A stretch of 64,000 nucleotides of DNA from an uncultured Nitrospinaceae bacterium (lineage in GTDB: Bacteria; UBA8248), in contig CAXFSR010000013.1 of the NCBI GenBank assembly GCA_964005815.1, positions 1 to 64,000 of the forward strand. The letters are read 5' to 3'. Below, in pieces: positions 59,501 through 64,000 of this stretch. How positions within the stretch are numbered: the stretch's first letter is position 1; every line of letters starts with the position of its first letter. The notes beneath the pieces were generated by a model. That model saw only the letters and a list, made by a program, of their open reading frames with translations, had not been told where the DNA came from and did no database searches. The position numbers and the translations under genes were made by a program.

Positions 59501-61690
59501 ATGATTTTTTTTAAAAAAATACTAAAACTTCACATTTTTAAGTTCATCTTAATTATTTTTTTTACAATCGGAATTCTTTTGGGATTAGGAGTTTCTTTCC
59601 TTTTTGAATTCCCTGAACTTGACCGATTAAAAAATTATCAACCAAACACAACCACTAGGATTTTTGATTCTAAGGGAAAACTTATTGCAGAACTTTACCT
59701 CGAAAGAAGAGAACCAACTTCGTTATCTAAAATACCAATCCAACTTCGACAAGCTTTTTTGTCTATTGAAGATGCAAGATTCTACGAACATCCCGGCGTA
59801 AGCTATCCTGATATTATAAGAGCTTTTTTTGTGAATTTGCAAAGTGGTCGTTTTGTACAAGGTGGAAGCACAATTACTCAGCAACTAGCAAAAGTACTAT
59901 TTCTTACACCGGAAAGGACTTTGAAAAGAAAAATCAAAGAAGCTTTGTTAGCAATAGAAATTGAAAAACGCTTCACAAAAGATGAAATTCTAGAATTTTA
60001 TTTAAATCAAATTTATTTGGGAAATGGAGCATACGGTGTACAAGCGGCTTCTAAAATTTATTTTGGTAAAAAACTATCTGAGCTTACTTTAGCAGAAAGT
60101 GCACTTCTTGCCGGACTACCTAAGGCACCCTCTAAATTCAATCCAAGGAAAAACCCCAAAAGATCAATAGCGCGCCGAAACTTAGTATTAAAGAGAATGT
60201 TGAGTGAAAAATTTATAAAGAAAACAGAAAAGGATTCTGCACAGGATGAATTTCTTAGATTAAATCCTTTTACTTTAAACCAAATTCCTGAAACTGCTTA
60301 TTTTGTCGAACATGTTCGAAAACAGTTATCTAAAAGATATGGAAATACTATGTATCGAAGCGGTCTTCAAGTTTATACAACACTTGATATATCCCTTCAA
60401 AAAAATGTAGATAATGCTCTTCGAAGAGGCATTTATAAATTAAATAGGATGAGAGGTTTTAAAGACGCTTCTAAAAATTTGACAAAACATCCAAAACTTG
60501 GAGATCGTTTCCAATTTAGAATTACTGAAGTTAGAAGAAAAAAAATTCTTGGAATTATTGGTATTTATGAAGCACATATGAAAATTCCAAAGGAGATTAA
60601 TTATAAACTACTTAATTCAGGTGATATTGTTCTAGGTAAAGTTAAAAACTTAAATAAAAAATCAAAAAGAATTTTTTTAAAATGGCAAGAAACTATACAA
60701 GGAGCAGTTATAGCATTTGATCCACGTTCTGGTGCAGTTAGAGCAATGACTGGGGGAACAAATTTCAGACGTTTCAAGTTCAATAGAGCAGTACAAGCCA
60801 AAAGACAACCTGGTTCTGCTTTTAAATCAATTATAATGGGAAGTGCCCTATCTTTAGGCTATGGTCCCAACCACATTCTAATGGATTCTCCCTTCGTAGA
60901 ACGTATACCTGGGACAAAAAGAGTTTGGAAACCTACAAATTATTCTGAGAAATTTTATGGGCCTGTTACTATGCGAAACGCACTAGAAAAATCACTTAAT
61001 TTAGCAACCATAAAACTTTTAATACAAATAAAACCTAAGAAAGCTATAAAATTTGCGAGAAGACTTGGGATACATTCAAAAATGTATCCCTATTTATCTT
61101 TAGCATTAGGTTCAATAGAAGTAACTCCCTATGAATTTATTTCATCTTACATACCATTTGCCACTAACGGTATCTACGCACGTCCATACGAAATAGAAAG
61201 AATTACAGATGATGAAAATCGTATAATGGAAAAATTTATTCCCCAATTTAACCTTGCCATAAGTCCAGAAACTGCATTTCAAATGAAACTATTACTGAGA
61301 GGAGTAGTTACTGACGGAACAGCAAAATTAGCAAAAAGTATAAAACTTTTTGTTGCAGGCAAAACTGGAACTACTAATAAGTACAAAGACGCTTGGTTTG
61401 TCGGATTCTCTCCTGACCTAGTTCTTGGGGTATGGGTAGGTAGGGATAGCAACAAAAATATGGGATTTCGAGCTTCTGGAGGTTCTGCAGCACTTCCTAT
61501 TTGGGTAGAAATAATGAAAAAATGGAGTAAAAGAAAAGGAGATAAATTTAATTATCCAAAATCTCCACCGAAAGTGAAACTTATTAAAATAGATTACAAG
61601 TCGGGTTTTCTACCTTCAAAAAAATGTAAAGGGAAAATTATTTTAGAAGCATTTATTGATGGAACAGAACCAACTGAAAAATGTTCATGA
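59501..61690 (+). CDS. mrcA: Penicillin-binding protein 1A (bifunctional transglycosylase/transpeptidase)
   Basis: EDARFYEH, QGGSTITQQLAK, RKIKE, RQPGSAFK (SxxK), SLN, GKTGT. Confidence 0.95.
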   Translation: MIFFKKILKLHIFKFILIIFFTIGILLGLGVSFLFEFPELDRLKNYQPNTTTRIFDSKGKLIAELYLERREPTSLSKIPIQLRQAFLSIEDARFYEHPGVSYPDIIRAFFVNLQSGRFVQGGSTITQQLAKVLFLTPERTLKRKIKEALLAIEIEKRFTKDEILEFYLNQIYLGNGAYGVQAASKIYFGKKLSELTLAESALLAGLPKAPSKFNPRKNPKRSIARRNLVLKRMLSEKFIKKTEKDSAQDEFLRLNPFTLNQIPETAYFVEHVRKQLSKRYGNTMYRSGLQVYTTLDISLQKNVDNALRRGIYKLNRMRGFKDASKNLTKHPKLGDRFQFRITEVRRKKILGIIGIYEAHMKIPKEINYKLLNSGDIVLGKVKNLNKKSKRIFLKWQETIQGAVIAFDPRSGAVRAMTGGTNFRRFKFNRAVQAKRQPGSAFKSIIMGSALSLGYGPNHILMDSPFVERIPGTKRVWKPTNYSEKFYGPVTMRNALEKSLNLATIKLLIQIKPKKAIKFARRLGIHSKMYPYLSLALGSIEVTPYEFISSYIPFATNGIYARPYEIERITDDENRIMEKFIPQFNLAISPETAFQMKLLLRGVVTDGTAKLAKSIKLFVAGKTGTTNKYKDAWFVGFSPDLVLGVWVGRDSNKNMGFRASGGSAALPIWVEIMKKWSKRKGDKFNYPKSPPKVKLIKIDYKSGFLPSKKCKGKIILEAFIDGTEPTEKCS

Positions 61691-62662
61691 TGTAATGTCA
61701 AAATCTAATAACGCATTGATAAATTTATTCGTATCAAAATCAACTAAATCTTTCTCATGCTCTCCAAAACCTAAATAACAGACCGGTACTTTACTTTCAT
61801 TAGTTGCTGAAACTATCATTCCTCCTCTTGAGGTACCTTCTACTTTAGTCATAATTAAACCCGTCAATTGAATACAAGCATTAAATTCCTTTACCTGATT
61901 CAATGCATTCTGACCTGTATTTGCATCAATTACTAGGAAGACTTCATGGGGAGAATTAATGATAACTTTACCGCATACTCTATGTACTTTCTTTATTTCT
62001 TCCATCAAATTTTTCTTGTTCTGTAGTCGACCTGCTGTATCAATTATAATCACATCTGTTTTCTGTGCATTACCTGATTCTAAAGCATCGAAAACTACGG
62101 AAGATGGATCTGCCCCATCGGAACGACTTACAAAATCACATCCGATTTTTTTTGCCCAAAAATTTATCTGTTCAGTTGCAGCAGCTCTAAAAGTATCTGC
62201 ACCAACTAACATCACTTTTTTTCCAGTAGACATTTCTTTCAAAGCAAGTTTACCTGCTGTAGTTGTCTTTCCAACTCCGTTAACTCCAACAAGTAAAATT
62301 ACCTTCGGGCCATTTCTTTCATCTTCAGGAAATTTAGTTACCTTCTGTGTTTCAGGGAAAAAAGATAATAAAATCTTCTTCATACGTTCATGAGTCGATT
62401 CTCCTAAATTCTCTCCTGCACGCAATCTATCAAGAACTTGAGACACTAAACGAGGTCCCAAATCAGACACATAAAGAGCTTCCTCAATCCTTTCATACAT
62501 TTTCTCATCTATTTTATCTGTTAGAAAAATATTTTTTAATTTTGAAAATAATTTATTTCTAGTAGGAGATAAACCATCATAGAAACGATTTTCCTGAATA
62601 TCTTTAGATGCAAGTCTCTTTTTTATTCGTTCAAAAAACAAGATTAATCTCTTTGCTATCAA
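61685..62662 (-). CDS. ftsY: Signal recognition particle receptor
   Basis: GVNGVGKTT, DTFRAAA, DTAGRL, DANTGQN, TK. Confidence 0.96.
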   Translation of the reverse strand: MIAKRLILFFERIKKRLASKDIQENRFYDGLSPTRNKLFSKLKNIFLTDKIDEKMYERIEEALYVSDLGPRLVSQVLDRLRAGENLGESTHERMKKILLSFFPETQKVTKFPEDERNGPKVILLVGVNGVGKTTTAGKLALKEMSTGKKVMLVGADTFRAAATEQINFWAKKIGCDFVSRSDGADPSSVVFDALESGNAQKTDVIIIDTAGRLQNKKNLMEEIKKVHRVCGKVIINSPHEVFLVIDANTGQNALNQVKEFNACIQLTGLIMTKVEGTSRGGMIVSATNESKVPVCYLGFGEHEKDLVDFDTNKFINALLDFDITS

Positions 62663-62687
62663 GAATTGAGGAATTAGTTATTAGAAT

Positions 62688-64000
62688 TTAGTTGCTTCTT
62701 ATTGATTGTTCTACGTTATCATTTTTTTTTCTATTAAGCTGAACAGAAACAACTTCCGAAACTCCTTTTTCTCGCTGAGTTATTCCATATAATTGTGAAG
62801 CGAATGACATCGTTTTCTTATTATGAGTAATAACTATGAATTGGCTTCTATCCTCTAGTTCTCCAAGTACTTCCCTAAACCTTATAACATTGGCATCATC
62901 CAGAGTTGCATCTACTTCATCAAGCAAACAAAATGGACTAGGTCTCACGGAAAACACAGAAAAAAGCAAGGAAATGGCAGTGAGAGCTTTTTCTCCAGCA
63001 GATAGTAGCATAATGTTAGAGGGACGTTTCCCTGGAGGCTTAACTTCTATATCTACTCCACTTTCTAAAGGTTTTTCAGGTTCTAACATAAACAACTTTG
63101 CCTCTCCCCCAGAAAATAGCCTTCCGAAAATATCTTCAAAATGTTTTTGTACTTTTTCGAATGCATCAAGAAACTTTGTTTTTGTTGTTCTATTTAATTT
63201 TTCTATAGTGTCTTTTAAATTTAAAATTGACTGATCAAGATCTTCCCTTTGCTCTTTTAAGAAAGAGAATTCTTCATTAACTTCATCATATTCTTGCGCA
63301 GCTAAATGATTTACTTCTCCTAATTTTGAGAACCTATTGTTTAAATCATCTAATTTCTCCGTTTTTTCCCTGTATGAAGATAATTCCTCTCGAAACTCAT
63401 CAATTTTCGTATGAACACTAACTCCATGCTTCTGTAAAACTTGTGCAACCATCGCATCTTTTTTAACTTGTAAAGTAGTTCTAGTTTCCGAAGCATTTGC
63501 AATTTTTTCAGAAATTTGATCAGATTCGTTCCTGAGACTCCTTATCTGATTGCCTAAGTTTTCGTTCTGTATTTGAATATCTGTAAGATCTTTATCCTGC
63601 TCAATCTCACTCTGAATCATTCTTTGGTTTTCAATTTCAAGGTCTTTAGACTGTTCTTCAAAAGATTCTATACTTTCTTGAGTTTCTTTTCTCTTATTAT
63701 TTATTTCTTCGACATCTGACAAACAATTTTTTTTACGGAGACGACTTTTCTCAATAGATTCTCCGAGTCTATTCAACTCACTCTGGATTGATAACACCTT
63801 TCCAGAAAATTCAGTCAATGCAACACGTAACTTAGAGTGTACTCTTTCTTCTATAGAAATGAGTTTGATTTCTAACTGTCTTTGATTCTCTATTCCAACT
63901 CTCAATTCATCTTCAGCAGACTGAAGTTGCGTCGATATACGATGGAAATTAGCAACTGATTCAGACAAACTAGTTTCATTATTATCAATTTCTAATTTCA
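62688..64000 (-). CDS. smc: Chromosome segregation protein SMC, 3' part (runs off the window)
   Basis: Coiled coil, G.VN..A..EY, PPGK, LSAGEK, PFCLLDEVDA.LD..N, QFIVITH; frame open to the window end. Confidence 0.95.
   Translation of the reverse strand, partial: KLEIDNNETSLSESVANFHRISTQLQSAEDELRVGIENQRQLEIKLISIEERVHSKLRVALTEFSGKVLSIQSELNRLGESIEKSRLRKKNCLSDVEEINNKRKETQESIESFEEQSKDLEIENQRMIQSEIEQDKDLTDIQIQNENLGNQIRSLRNESDQISEKIANASETRTTLQVKKDAMVAQVLQKHGVSVHTKIDEFREELSSYREKTEKLDDLNNRFSKLGEVNHLAAQEYDEVNEEFSFLKEQREDLDQSILNLKDTIEKLNRTTKTKFLDAFEKVQKHFEDIFGRLFSGGEAKLFMLEPEKPLESGVDIEVKPPGKRPSNIMLLSAGEKALTAISLLFSVFSVRPSPFCLLDEVDATLDDANVIRFREVLGELEDRSQFIVITHNKKTMSFASQLYGITQREKGVSEVVSVQLNRKKNDNVEQSIRSN

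Noticed and set aside
1..64000. CRISPR arrays, IS elements, prophage, rRNA or defence islands
   Set aside because: No regularly spaced repeats, transposase/integrase/phage proteins or rRNA-like sequence seen; intergenic gaps are too short to hide an array

Overview
AT-rich chromosomal window (roughly 30-35% GC by eye) from a diderm, LPS-producing bacterium. Genes are densely packed, with many overlapping start/stop codons and frequent TTG starts. The order lnt-prfB-lysS-lolE-lolD-clpC-bamA-skp-lpxD-fabZ-lpxA resembles Nitrospinota/Nitrospirota/Deltaproteobacteria-like lineages (inference only). The left ~19 kb is accessory or metabolic. It holds a tripartite tricarboxylate transporter, an MBL-fold hydrolase, tRNA-Val(TAC), an M29 aminopeptidase and a VOC protein. 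It also holds a cobalamin riboswitch heading a five-gene operon (BtuB-like receptor, unclassified ECF S-type membrane protein, fused ECF ATPase, EcfT, Lys-rich TonB), followed by a cupin, a GT4, an orphan Fe-S/CCG protein, a 2-hydroxyacid dehydrogenase, a TIP-like aquaporin, dapA and dacA. About 19.6-54.8 kb is one outer-membrane biogenesis supercluster (WaaL, core glycosyltransferases, MsbA, heptose pathway, LptFG, LpxK/WaaA/LpxJ/LpxB/LpxI/GnnA-like/LpxA/FabZ/LpxD, Skp, BamA, LolDE, Lnt), with clpC, lysS and a frameshifted prfB embedded. The right end has uvrC, uvrB, an HNH nuclease, PBP1A, ftsY and the 3' part of smc. No CRISPR array, integrase, transposase or prophage was seen. The best candidate for an undescribed system is the riboswitch-controlled corrinoid import operon. 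It appears to couple a TonB-dependent receptor to an ECF transporter with an unrecognised S component, and has a short upstream ORF at the riboswitch expression platform.
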